Shown here piece after piece: positions 1 to 14,100 of a stretch of 32,537 nt of DNA (positions are counted from its first letter, which is position 1; each line of letters starts with the position of its first letter). Origin of the DNA: Streblomastix strix. Taxonomy: Eukaryota. The stretch covers positions 1 through 32,537 of the forward strand of contig SNRW01000069.1 of NCBI GenBank assembly GCA_008636045.1, given 5' to 3'. The position numbers and the translations under genes are program-made. The notes below the pieces were generated by a model that saw only the letters and a program-made list of their open reading frames with translations, searched no databases and had not been told where the DNA came from.

Positions 1-127
1 TTGTATTTCTTGTCATAGAAGTATTAGAATTATCTAATTAATTATCCCCATAATTAGTTGAACTATTTTGAGAATCAAAACTTTCTATTGTTTTATAAAT
101 TTCTTTATTTTCTATTTAATTTTCTTT
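1..127. repeat. Exact direct repeat, copy 1 (identical to 2722-2848; may extend beyond the window start)
   Basis: ttgtatttcttgtcatagaagtattagaattatc...tctatttaattttcttt is identical at 1-127 and 2722-2848, and the copies diverge at 128/2849. Confidence 0.95.
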
Positions 128-3100
128 TTATTTATTTATTAATTTTGTTTAATCCAAATTTCCACTATTATTCACAGATTCTGGACTGATTTCATTCATT
201 TTAACTGTATCTAAATGAATTTTATAGAGTGCATGACGATTTGGCATGATGAAAACAAAAATACCAATGAAAATAGTTATATGAGCAAAAATAAATAAAG
301 CAATATTTAATGATTGATATTGTCTTATTTCTTATTTGAAGATTTCAACAACAATGTCATGAAAGAGTAGAAGACCAATGCGAAGATCATTTTATATTGC
401 AGAATTCATGAATCTCACTGATAAATGATTTAAAGTTATTATTTCATTTGAATTATTAATGAATTACAATGAAGAAGATAATTCAGATGTATGAATAGCA
501 TCATCAGGAGGATTCAAAGGATACTATGAAAGTTAGATTGCGGCAACTATAAACTCTTCTGTTAATCCAAATAATCCCGCAAATTAACCATCCTGTCCAT
601 AAAGACGCTGAGAAATTTAAGTAACACTTCTACAATCGGCTGTCAAATAATAATAATAATCATTATTGAACAATATATTAAAGTAAAATAGTAAGTAAAT
701 AAATACCTTCCTCGTTTTTCTTCGTTTAACTTTAATTATCTTCAGCAAATTCATCTTTGTAAATATAGCATGATGTAGATTTCAACATAATTTCAATCAA
801 TTTCTTCTAACTGTTTATAAAGCGAGGTGAATCAATTTAGTCAATTGAAGCTAAAATCAACAATAAAATAAATAAATAAAAAGAAAATCACAGAAAAATA
901 ATATATATAAATTATCAAACAATCTCCAGTTGGAATCGATTCACCAATATCTCTCTCCATTTTATCATTTACAGTTTTAAAATAGAGAATACTCTATGCT
1001 AAACAATCCTAAATAACCAAATAGGAAAATTATAAATTATAAATAATAAAGAATTATTAAATAAATTATGTAATACAATTTAACATAAACTGATTGTCAT
1101 TTAAAATTTTAGCTCATATAACATACTTATAGTACACTTATATTGGATGATAAATGACTTAAGTCACTAAATACGGGTGAAGATGATGAATGATCAAAAT
1201 TATTTTCAAAATGGATTGATTCAGGAAGCGGATGTGCTATAAATATGGCCTAATGAGAATTAGATAAATTAAAATAATTATTAAGTGAAAAAAATAAAAA
1301 AATGGTTATCTAGTGAATATTATTTATAATAATTTATATAGTTATTTATGTTATTTATAATATCACACCTGTAATGCCATATTTTACAGAATAATTGATG
1401 CATAATCACTCATAAGAATTGATCCATTCTATTATACAGCCTTATTCATTGTAATTATACCAACAATAAAGAATGCTATACTCATTCCAATTGCTAAGAA
1501 ACAACCAATAAATGTTAAGATGAAGAATCGAATTGGGATAATAATTGAATTAAGTTTGTTTATGCGGTTTATATAAATATCTCTTTGATATTATAAATGT
1601 TATTCTTATGTTAATTATTGTTCTTAAGTTTGTTATTACATTTATTACTATTCTTCAGATATTCTTGATTATTTCTTTTAATTATTTACTTTTTCATATT
1701 TGATCTTTTCAGTAATAAAATATAATATATAGAAAAATAATATAAACACGAAAGATAAATAAAATAAACATGAAAGAAAACAAACAAATAAAAATATATT
1801 ATAATAATTAAATAATTAATAAAATTACCTTTCCAGTACTTCCATTTATTTTTTCATTCTCATATGTTTAATCTAATTGTAAAATATCACTTTTATTTTA
1901 AGAATTGGATTAAAATAATCTTTCTTCATCATCATCTTATTATTATTTTAAGTTATATTTTTCTGAATAACTTTCAAGGTTATTCATAGTTTCATTATAT
2001 TTTGACTCATTTAATTTATATTTGTATTAATCTTCTTGAATAAAAGGATCATTTAATAATTATTGTGAATATGCAGTTTGCGTATTAATGACATATACAT
2101 CTGTTTATTTTCGTTATAAACCCAGTTTTGAATCTTTTCGAATCTGATTTTATAGTTCATTTTCTTAAATAGGTGAAATTTAAACTTCAAATTATTTATT
2201 ATCTTACTGAATAGAAGAAAAATCAAACAATTGTGGATTATGATTATCAGAATCATAATGAGAATAAAATTAAGAATAAATTTATTAATTAGGTTAAAAT
2301 GATTGATTATTTTGAGTTTATATTTAGGATTGATGAGAAAATGTTTGAGATTAAATATTAATATTAAATTATTCAGAGTTTGAAGTTTATTTTTCAGGAG
2401 AAAGAAAAATAGAATCTGACGAAATTTATGTTTAATTAGGAGGAAATATTTATTAAGGAGAAATTAAAGATAAAGGAAATTATTATTACTTAAAATCAGA
2501 TTATTTACTATCTGATTCATTTGTAGCATCTTTTGCTATTGATTACTATAATTAAAGCTATTGTTGCATTTATTTGAATCTTTTCATCATATTTTACTAT
2601 TTCTCAATAATTTATTATGTGAAATCCAAGTGTAGGGATTATGAATTAGAATTGTTATTTTCAAGTTTTTCTTAAAGTATATTTGTGCTATATTCTATAT
2701 CTTACACCAAATTATTCAATGTTGTATTTCTTGTCATAGAAGTATTAGAATTATCTAATTAATTATCCCCATAATTAGTTGAACTATTTTGAGAATCAAA
2801 ACTTTCTATTGTTTTATAAATTTCTTTATTTTCTATTTAATTTTCTTTCGAAGAATTTTCTTATTGTGATTTTACAAATTATGTAGATGAATTGGATATA
2901 TTTTATATTTAAAATGATTACTGATCTGAATTATGCAATGATTAATTTATAATAGTTTAAATTACAGGAATTTATTTTAATGTATTATCAAATGAAGGTG
3001 AAAACTTTCCCAAAAATTATGGTTTTAATCTTTATTATATTGAATTTTGCCTTTTGATTAATTCTCGTTGTGGAATTAGCTATTGATTTGATTATCGTTT

Positions 3101-6100
3101 TTAAATCTACAATTAATTCTTCATTTAATCTTTATATTCAACTGGTAATGAAAGATCTTGATTTTGAGTTGTATTTGATTATTATTAGTGAATTTGCTAA
3201 TTATTTTATAATTATAATTCAGATCTAGGTTGAACATCTCGCGACTTTATTTTTTGTCTTCGTTAAGATTCACTTCTTATTTGCCTTGCAGAAGACTAAA
3301 TAGGAAAATTTTCTTTCAACAAACTCAAATTTATTTATTAATTTAAGAAACTATTGGTCCAATTGTTTAATGCATTATTCTAATTACTATTTTTGTTGTT
3401 TGCGACTTCTGACCTTGGAATTACTTTTCTGGATTTTACTTTCTATCTTCGTTGTGATTAACTTTTTCTTGAATTAGAAGAATGAGACAACAATTAATTT
3501 TCTCTATTAGCGTTAAAATCCATATTTGTTTAATATGCAATCTTATTTTGATTACTTTAAATGATTTTATTTTAATTATAAACATTGAATGAACTTTATG
3601 ATCTTGGTTGTATTTTATATTATTATATCTTATTTATTCTCTTAGGTTCAATTTTTCTTGATTATGAATCTGAACTAATTGATGCAGAGTTTGTTTGTTC
3701 AATATTTAAATCCACATTAATTTAATTAATATTATTTAATCTGGAACTATGTAAAACTTCAGGTTCATCTGGTTAATCATTTTATAGTAATAAAGATGAT
3801 TATTATGAAGATTAATTTATTTATTATATGTTTTCTGTATATTAAGTTTATTAAGATGAAACTGGCTATGGAATATTTTGCATTATTGTTTCTATATCAA
3901 GAGAGTTTGACTTTTGCTGCCAGATTTAATTTTCATTTTCTTAATTGATTTTATCTGTGTTTGTTGTTATGATTTTATTATTATTATTATTTATATTCTA
4001 ATCACTGTTATTATTGAGTATTTCTGTTCTAACAAACGAATTTATTAGTCTTGATTTATTAATTGATTTCATTTTTGTTTTGAAATTATTTTTCTGTATT
4101 TATTTATTTTTCCTCGGTGTATTGCTGGAAACCTAATCTATATTTAATTTATGCAACGTATTCAATTATTATTTGTTTCCCCTTAATGAACTAGATTTAA
4201 ATGAATGTTATCTTAGTAAGGAGTTTGAATTCTTTTGTGTAAATGTATTCGATCTTTTTTATGATATAATTGTTGAAATATCTTATTACTGATATTGATT
4301 ATCAAAATAATTACTGATGGTAGATTTATTATGATTATTTTATTTTGATTTAAGTGTATAATTTGTATAACTTTCATCAATTCCTGTTTCATCTTCTTCT
4401 TATATCAAACTTTATTATGCGGTGTTATCAAATAAGTCTGTTTCTGTTTCAATGTCAGAATTCAATTCCAATAAAAGATGCTTAATAACAGCTTTGGGTG
4501 TAAGTAAATATAAAATAAATGTATCTTTTCTTTCTTGTTTCACTATATTAATAGCTCGGATGTACTCAATTAAGAGAAATGTAGTAAGAATAATAATCAC
4601 TAAAAATGCATATACGCCGTTTTCTATTGAACGAATGAATGCTTATTTTGTGGCATTTTCTACTAATAAACAGGCAATGAATTTGAGTTACTGAAAAATA
4701 GTGCGAGGAAGATTTGCAAGTATGAAATAGTAATTAGAGAAAAGGGTGATGTCTTCATTATTTGGGTTCAATTCTGAAGTGTAGTCCTGAAATAAACTTC
4801 CATATTTATGTATCATTTGCATGAGAGATGAATTAATTGTCCATTGTAAGATGAGTTCATAGTTTTTATCAGAGTTTGAAGGAGATGGATAAGTATTAAA
4901 TTAATAAATTATTGATTGATTGAGTTATGAATCAGATGAAATATTATGTGATGGAGAAATACTATTGTTATAATTATTGTTTAAAGATCTATTCACTTCA
5001 TAATTAAATTCAATATTTTCAAGCAAAATGTTAAAATTATTTGTATTAAATTATTGAGTTTAATTCATATTCATATTCCAATTCGTTATTCCATATTCAT
5101 CAACATCTATTAATAACATTACATTCTCAACTTTTGTTTGATCTTCCAAAAATTCCAATTCATTTAATTCTTGCGATTATAAATATAAGTTGTGTAATGA
5201 TTCAAAGAGAGAATCAATTCGTTTAAAAATATATAAATGAAGATCTGATCGACGTTTTAACCAACTAATAATATATAAAAATATGAGAAAAAAAAATTTT
5301 TGAACATAAAAAATTATAATGAAAGTTTAATAAAGTATACAAAATTTCTGATGATAATAATAAATGAATATAATCAAACCTTCCTTCAATTTCATCTTTA
5401 TCATCCAAATTCAAATTATAATTCACTTCATCATATGTTAATGGAAAATCATTATCTGTAATCTGAATATTAACAACAGCCCAGCAAAGTTCCTATAAAT
5501 TCATCCCAATCTTCAGAGTATACATTACATTCAGACATGCAATTTTTCCTCTATTAAATTATCCATTTGAACTCACAAAGGAAATAATTAATAGACCAGA
5601 AATGATAACGTAGATTATCATCACTAATTAAACATAAAATGGGAGTAAATCAGATTCATTCAGGTCTTCATTCAATTATTAAGATTGTTATTAATTATTA
5701 ATAGTTGAATTATTGGTTATTTTATTATCTTTATTCTATTCATTCTATGATATTATTTAACTTGGATGATTCTATTTAATATTTTCTTCTTTCTTTTTAT
5801 TTTTTGATATAACATCTTTTGAAATATTATTATTGTTGTTATTATTTTCCATTTAATAAGAATCGTCTTCTTCATTTATTGTAGGGAATTAACTTATAAA
5901 ACCCTATTTATTATTTTCTCTTTATATGGTAGAATTTTAGCTGATAAATCCATATTATATATTTTCATCTTCTTGAATGGTAGGAAATTGGCTTTTAAGT
6001 CCAAATTAATAACTATCATCTTCCTGAATAGTTGGAAATTGACTAATAAATCCTTCAGACTAAGTAGATTATTAGCTGATAAAACCTTCACTCGAAGTTG

Positions 6101-9100
6101 ATTATAGACTTTAGGACCTTGGTCTAAATCTATTTCTAGATTTGAGCTTCAATATTTGAATATCATCACTATCTATCGAAGTTTATTCAGTAAAATTCGA
6201 ATTTCTTCTTGTTTTTATGGTTTATTATTTTGTATCAATTGAATTTTATGTTGATTTCATTGAATTTTTTTCATCATTAATACTTTCATTATATGAGATA
6301 TTAATATTTGTTGTTTCTTTCCCAACATTCAACAGTTTCTTCCTTCTTTTATCTCTTTCCTTTATTTTCTCTTTCTTTTTAGTTTCTCTTACATCAGTAA
6401 TATGCTTCATTCTTATTTTCTGCATTTTCTTCTTATATTTCGCTTATTCGATCATCCTCTTCCTTTGTTATACATTGTAGTGATGTTGTCGATATCTTTC
6501 TTTCTCACTTTGGTACTAATTCATAGATAATAACGCATATGAATGTGCTGATGGATACTAATGAAGTGATCTTGTTTATTATAAGGCTTTGATATCGTGG
6601 TTCTGAGCAAGTATGTTGAATATTGTTTTGCTGTCTAAAGTAGTGTTTTGGCTATTAATACCAGAAGGAGAATTGCCATCTCTGTTAAATAAGCCATTTT
6701 CAATTTAATGAATTTAACCTATAAAGAAATAATTATAAAATAAAATAATAAAACAGTAAAAAATTACTGATCGTCAAAATAGCAAAGGTCAAATATTATT
6801 AAAAATACTTTTTGTAATTTCATCCTCAATATTATTTGCTTATATAAATAATAGCTGTGCTTCATCTGAACTGTGATCAATATCACGAAGAAGAACACCA
6901 AGAGCTCTTATAACCTAAAGATATAAGAGAAATATATTTTATTATAATAATATTTAATTTTAATTCATTTTTATATAATTTATTCATTTTTCATGTAATT
7001 TATTCATTTTTCATGTAATTTATTCATTTTTTATATATAATTCATACTTATGTGTTTGATGGGTTTGCCTCAACTAGATCAATTAATAATTTTCTTGATT
7101 TCTCTGAATATTCAACAACTTTCAAAAGTAATCTCATTACTCTTTCCAAATCAACGATCTATTTAGAAAGAATGAAAAGAACTCTCCTTAAATACGCTTT
7201 TGCAATTTCTGTGTCTTATTCTGCTTGTTCCAGTTGTTATTTGAGTTAAAGTTGTGATAAAATAAGAGATTCATTTATGGTTGGTTAATTATGTATTGAA
7301 TTTGGATTAAATTCCAGAGTTTGTAGATTAAAATTAATAGGAGAATAAATTTGATTATTATAATTATTATTATTAAAATAATTATCCAAATCATTTCGGA
7401 TAGTTATCTGCTGGTCTAATGTTTACTAATTTTTAATAGCAGCACCTTATTAATGTATTTGTTTTTTGTTTAATTATGGATCATTAATGAAATTTGGAGA
7501 AGGCAAGATTCTTATTGCGGAATAATTTGAAGTTGTTTCATCTTTTAGTGCTTATTATTACTACTATTATACGTTCTATTACGAATATAATTATATATTG
7601 TTTGTTTATTGTAATGAAGGCGAATATTTCATTTAAATTTACTAATTATCATAAATGGTAATTTGAGTAGGTACATTGGATAATTAATTATCTTAATTAA
7701 TTAAATCAGTTGAATAACTTGCAGGAGGTGAACAAGGAGCAGAAGGAAACAATTCATCGGTTGATTCAATAATTGAAGCTTGAGCAATTTTTTGAATTGG
7801 AGAAGTTGCAATCTAATGATTATATACCATATCTTAGTTATTATTAACATATGAGTTTGGGGATGGAGATTAAAGTTTTAAAAATGGAGATAAATTGCGA
7901 TAAGGTGTATTTTACTATGATTTATTGTTTCTGTTATTAAATGATTTCATCATCTAATAATCTAATATATCATACATTGATCCTGAACAAGCTTCGTTAG
8001 CTAATTACATTAAATGCTATTCTGTTTATTTCACAACAATTTCTCTTCGGAATTCTTCAATTTAATCTCCATTTTCTTCGGATTTGTTCTGCATCTGATG
8101 CAAAATACAGAAAACAACCCATCTCTGGTGAATACTTGGTTGGTTCTATTGTATTCTGTATATTAATTCATTCATCTTCAAAAGAGACTAAGTATGAGAT
8201 TTCAATAACGATGTTTATGAATCAAGCGATTACTACAATTAACTTATAATGCTATATTAAGTATTATGACGAGTAAAATTAGTATTGTTCCCTTATTTAT
8301 ATTGAGATTATTATCATGAATGTAAGGTTCCAAGTTTTTGATTTTACGATTTCAGATTAGAATTGTTATTCAATTCACCAGTGTTACGAAACATTCTGAA
8401 GAACAATAATGAGAGAATATAAACATCCACTGAAAGAGGAAACTTACGTTGCGCATGTATAAGAAGCCTTTCAGAGAAGTTCAAGAGTTATTATGTGTTT
8501 ATAGGTTATGGAATGCTGATATGAGTATTAATTGTATCTAATGAATTAGTAGATAAAGATGCATTTGTATTATTGTTGAGTTGATCATTCTTTTACTGCT
8601 TCTACTTCTGCTTCCTTCTTTGTTTTAAGATCTTCTTAATCATACTTGGCGGCATTCTGCCTTCATATATATACTTATCAGTTATGAACCTCAGGGACAA
8701 AAGTACTTCATTAACTGTTGTAAATTTGTTCATCTTCTTTGGTTAATATTTATCTAATCTCAGACTAAATATTTTGTTTAATAAATTCGTTTCATTCTTC
8801 GATTTGCTGGCATTTGTAGCTGATTTAATATCTTGCTTACCATTCTATGGTAATTCATTTATATTTTAAGATGTAATATTTTCTTTAAGTGAAGAAATTG
8901 AATTATTTTTATCAATTTGAAGGCTCTAAGCATCAGAAATTGGTTATTATATAGAATTAAATGAATCATTATTCTATTTTGCATTCTTTTTATGTAATTA
9001 TTCCAATGTTTATTTCCTGTTCAATCTCATATTAAATTTCTATCTATATATATCTTTTCCAGGAAGTAATGGAAGTCGTGTTTATCCTCATTTTATGGAC

Positions 9101-10413
9101 CATTTGTTCAAAGATCGTAATCTTGCAAGGAAGAAACAGATGGTACCTATTGTGAATACACCAACAATTAGTATAGACCAAATTATGATGAAATTTACTT
9201 TATTTTACGTTTGATCTACATTTCTGAAGATTGATGAATGCATAATATGATTGATAGAATTATTGAATAGATTATCTCCAGAATAATCTGTTTATTGAAC
9301 TAATTCAGTTTCGTTCATGTTACTTATATTAGAGAATTATATGAATTCAAGTACAGCTGCTTCAAGAAATATAAAACTATTAGCTCCATAAGTTGCAGCA
9401 TAGATTGCATTACCTTCCCAACGAAAGAAAGGCTATTGCCATATAATATATATTAATAATATTACAATCATAAATTCTCCTATAACAATAAATGCTATCT
9501 TCAACTAACTTATAATACTTGGATTAAGTAATGAATAACTGATTATTGAGTTTGTAGATGAATTGTGAAATACGCATAGTAGAGCTATTTGTATGAATGT
9601 TGATATTTAGTTCAAGAAGTAGAACTTCCCTGATTAACATGAGAACAAACCAGCATTACGAATATCAAATGGATGCATAAATAATCTGAACATTAGTGTG
9701 AGTGTAACAAGAATAAATATAAACAATATCCCATAAGCCATCAATAATCCATTTCTGATATTTCCACATTGGAGTGATTCATTTCCAAACAAGCAAGAAA
9801 ATGGTCCGAAGAATACATTGAGCATTGGAATGAAAAATAATGTTGATGTATATTACCAGAATATAAACATAGTCTCTACAATAGATCTTGGTATATTCCT
9901 ACCTCTCATTAATAAGAATCCAATCAGGGATGTGCATGTGAATGACACTGCAATAAGAACTGAGCACATAATCATCATTACTAGGAGAAAAGTATCACTT
10001 CTCCACGATATGGAGAAATCAATGTATCTGTAAAATTAAGGAAGCTAGAAAGAGAAATAATTTAATAAATAATGCATACGCGAAAAAATCTATTAATATC
10101 TGCCCAAATGAACTGAAAAGAGGGAAGTTAAATACACGAACCATTCCACCAATCCATTGCATAAATATAATTAACTATGAGACAATTGAGAAGAAATCCT
10201 GATCCTCGAAACGATGTTTCTTTTTTAAAAAAATAAGTTAAATAAAAATAAAATGTTTAAAAAATTCATATAAATTTTTAATTTTTTAAAAATTTATGTG
10301 TACAAAATTAAGTTCTATACTTTTTACATTTCAAACATAATCGAAAATGCGATTTACTCCAAGCGTCCCCAGTGAAAAACAGTCAATGATTTTTCTGAGA
10401 TACTTTTCTTCAT
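1..10413 (-). CDS. Very large (~3,100+ aa, 3'-truncated by the window) multi-pass membrane protein of TmcB/TmcC type (TM block + TPR-like helical region + further TM blocks). It contains 2 in-frame TGA codons, so it may be a young pseudogene or null allele
   Basis: With TAR=Gln the frame reads from ATG 10413 (MKKSISEKSLTVFHWGRLEQIAFSIMFE) through about 10 GT-AG introns (e.g. 10320-10220, 10079-10028, 7047-6915, 5379-5265, from 1828) with no frameshift. Hydrophobic TM segments lie at ~10000-9120, ~5640-5570, ~4610-4560, ~1540-1455 and ~310-245. Family-like motifs: FTTVNEVLLSLRFI, HAQRKFPLSVDVYIL, LVEANPSNTQ|VIRALGVLLRDIDHSSDEAQLLFIQANNIED, YYFILANLP, VKQERKDTFILYLLTPKAVI. Exon 5264-1829 (3.4 kb) has no TGA. 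In-frame TGAs are at 9090-9088 and 8316-8314. The family call is from recalled motifs. Confidence 0.75.
2722..2848. repeat. Exact direct repeat, copy 2 (identical to 1-127)
   Basis: Base-by-base identity over 127 nt. Both copies encode KENQIENKEIYKTIESFDSQNSSTNYGDNQLDNSNTSMTRNT in the gene's frame on the minus strand. Confidence 0.95.
5850..6095 (-). repeat. Coding peptide repeat, ~5 units of GFISQFPTIQE(D/E)-like motif
   Basis: Translation: SEGFISQQSTQ-SEGFISQFPTIQEDDSYQF-GLKSQFPTIQEDENIQY-GFISQNSTIQRENNKQ-GFISQFPTINEEDDSYQ. Confidence 0.85.
6976..7031. repeat. Intronic 20-bp minisatellite (taatttattcatttttcatg), ~2.8 copies
   Basis: Seen directly, inside intron 7047-6915 of the membrane-protein gene. 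Confidence 0.85.
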
Positions 10414-11120
10414 TATCTTATCAGATTTTGTAAATTAATCTGTTATATAAATTATTTGAGAATTAATTAATTTAAAAATAAAAGTTTATTGTAACAGAAA
10501 TAGTGCTGCAAAACAGTGAATAAAAAATTATTCGTTGCTAACAGCAAAAAGAGAACTGTTTTGTATAAAAAACAATTAAATTATTTTTTATATAATTACT
10601 AGTTATTATTATTTAGTAAATTTTAAATTTATATTATTTGTATATAAAGATCGTTCTACAGGTATTATATTGAATTAATATTATAAAAAATTAATTTAAA
10701 ATATTACATTAGAAAAACTATTTATGAAATAAAACCCTGATTATGCAAAATTATAAATAAAATTTAAAAAAGCAAAAACCCATGAGTCTTATCTCATGCA
10801 TTAACAATTTATTAATAAAGCTCAGATTTTTATCCAATATTTTATGAGAATTAAAATATTATAGTTGAAAAATAATATATTAAGATGAAAATCTGATAAT
10901 GCAGAATTAAAAATATGATGTTAAAAAAGATTAGTATTTAAAGAATGAAAAAATGATTTTTGAAATATAACGTAAATAAAATAATAACAATAAATAATAG
11001 AGACGGTAATATTAACATAAATAAATAAAACAATTAGAAATTTATCTATCAATTAAACTAAAAATTGATATTAATAAATGTATTATATATAGAAATAAAT
11101 GCATTATTTTGTGTTGATTT

Positions 11121-14100
11121 TCAAATATCGTCTTTTTTATCATTATTTTATTGTGTCTATGTTGATAGTGAAGAAAAAATTGGTTTATCCAAAAATTATA
11201 ATTATAGACAATTAGATTATTAGTTTTATTAGGTAATGCTACATAATTCCTATATATTTGATGATGATTATATTGAATGCATTGCATTCTATAAAGTAGC
11301 TGGACTTATAGACAATGGAGAAGAAACTGATGAAATTGATGTAATAAATTTTCTTTTCTTTTATTTACTATTGTTTTATTGTTATTTATTATCAGAAGAT
11401 ATATTTTATTCTTCATTTTTTAGATTAGTTTATTTTTAATTCAAATCATTCTTTTAATTCATTTATTCATTTTATTATATATTATCAATCAAATTTATTT
11501 ATGTGTTGATTATTGGAGTTAATAATGAATTAAATTCCACCAATGAATTTGATTTTTTATTTGAATTGTTTGATAATGATTATGATTCTTATAATTAATG
11601 GGCAGATTTTGTATTTAATTATTATAATTAGATTTATTATTGTTGTTGAGGTTAAACTGCAGAAGATAAATCATTATTAGAAGCTGGAACATAAACAGAT
11701 GATATTTATTTTCTTTATTTCATAATAACTGGGCTAATCAATTTTAATGATTGTTTAGAATTTGACTATTATATTTATTACTAAGTTGATGTTGAAGATA
11801 ACGGTGAATAAGATTAACTATTGGATGATTAATTATTTGAAAATTGTTGTTATTGTGATGAAGATTATTGTGATTATGATGGTAAAGATGAAGAATTCAC
11901 CGAGGTAGGTGTTGGAAAAGAATTTTGAAGTGGTGAGAAGGAAGTATTTTAAGTATTAATATCGACAATTCTTTCTATTTTTGGAAGGCTTTTTATAGAT
12001 ATATTATTTTTTATTTCTTTATTTTCACTAATATTCTCATTAAAATATTACTTTTCATCTTTTTAATCTTATTTTATAATTTATTATTTCACATTTATAT
12101 TTAATTATTTATTATCAGATGATTGATTGGGTGAATTATTTATGGTAAAGCTTTAAATTTTCTTTATTTGTTTCTTATTTGATTATTTCAAAGTAGAAGA
12201 AGTTTATTTTTATTATATTGAATTATCTTCTATCTTATAATCATCTTATTTCGAAGACTATTAATTAAATTATTCAAATGAAAGACATTTTGATATTTTT
12301 TTGGTTATTTGTTCATTTATTATTTAACTAATTTCAGGTTTATTAACTTTTTTATTTTCTTCAATAAATTTCAATAATTCTTAATTTTACTTCAATTCTA
12401 ACTAAAATTATTCTATTGCTTATTAATTTTTCTCTGATTCTTGCATTAAACTGATTAGCTGCTGTTATTTTGCTTAATCTTCTAATAGTTTTTATTATTA
12501 AATTTATTCTTATTTTTATATCCATTCTATTAATTCATGAGGCTCGTCATTGCTCAATTCTTCACTGTGTTAGCTTTTTATGAATGTAAATATACTTGCA
12601 TCATCATTTTTATTTTTAATATTATTTTAATCATTATTAGTTGAAGTATTTAATTATTATTACTATTAAGAACTCTTTTTCTATTATTCGTGATCTTCTT
12701 ATAATTATTTCAATGACTGCTTCTCAACAATTTCAGGGAATTATTATTATTCTATTTCTCGATCTGAGAAAATTGGAGATAGTATTTGTTAATGTTAATC
12801 AGAAAATATTAATGAATGTGAATTTTATATTTGATTCATTTTTTCTTACTCATCAAAGTAATTATCATTTAAATCTAATTGTTATTATCCATTATTTTGT
12901 AATTCTACTTAATTATTATTGATGTTAATTAATTAATTATTATCTTATAAGATTTATAATGTTTTTGCTGATTTGCTCTAAAGAATATCTTTCAACATAC
13001 TTAGTTATATATTCTAACTTTATTGAATCAGAGGTTTATTATCAATTTGAGGAGATTTATCTTACTATTGATTTGTGTTATTAATTATGATTGATGGTTA
13101 CTATAGGACGCATTATGAAGAATCAGCTGTAATATTCTTTCTAGATAGTGTATTAAAAGAAAATAAATTTAAAGGAGAATTTTCAGATGATTAAATTTAA
13201 TTTGAATTTTGAAATGCTTAATTAGGTAAATGAGAAAAAACTGGAGGTGACAACAGCAAAGAAGACTAATTAATTGGGCTCTGAATTTCTGGAGAAAACA
13301 AAATATTACTTGATTTTTGAATAGATTATGGAGAAGTTGAAGTCGATCTCGCAGGATTGGCATATTTCATTGATTATGCCGATAAATTGTGCTGAAGAGT
13401 GATGATGTTTCCCAATTGAGATTGGCTTGATGAATCAGTCAATAAAGGCGGGAATTTCTACTGTGTCAATGATTTAAGCAATGGTTATTATTATTACTAT
13501 TATTACAATTACAACTATTATTATTATAATTATAATTAAGCTAATTTTTGTGTTGATTAATTTAATGATAATAATTATTATTTCTGAAGCTGGATGTATT
13601 AATCATTAATGTGTGATTATTAAATCTATTCATACTACTAGAGCTTCAATTACTATTTCTATTTTAATTCATGCTGTTCTTGAATCATTATTTCATTTAA
13701 ATGTTATTTCTCTTTACTGAATAATAACTAACCTTTCTTAGTTAATGTTAATGTACTCTAACTTCTGGGTGTAATTTATTATTACTGTTATAAATTAAAT
13801 TGCAATTGATTATTGGTTTTATTATTCAATGAATTTTATGAAGTAATATTGTCAGTAACTTATGAATTAATACTTGCATTTATAGTCCCATTCAATTACA
13901 GGCTTATTTAATTATTCGATAATTGATTTTTGGTTATAGAAGGAATATTTGAAAGAGAATGAATTTTTGACAATCTGTTCATCAGATTAAGTTTTGCACG
14001 AGGTGTTGTTTATGAATCACTGGACTTCTACTTCTAAATAAATTAATGTTATAATATTTATTATTGATTTCTTGGTGCTGTATGAATATCTGTAATTTGT

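Noticed and set aside
6976..7031. CRISPR-like repeat
   Set aside because: Head-to-tail 20-bp units with no spacers, inside an intron; a simple minisatellite.
8314..9090. Selenocysteine at the in-frame TGAs
   Set aside because: Neither site is in a redox or Cys-type motif and no SECIS can be assessed because the 3' UTR is outside the window. Not supported, though not formally excluded.
2053..13363. Short ORFs in the supplied track (e.g. 2053-2256, 4422-4694, 6217-6480, 7052-7249, 11236-11439, 12641-12922, 13169-13363)
   Set aside because: They are antisense or off-frame shadows of the long TAR=Gln genes. Only 4415-4600 and 9634-9825 are true in-frame fragments.
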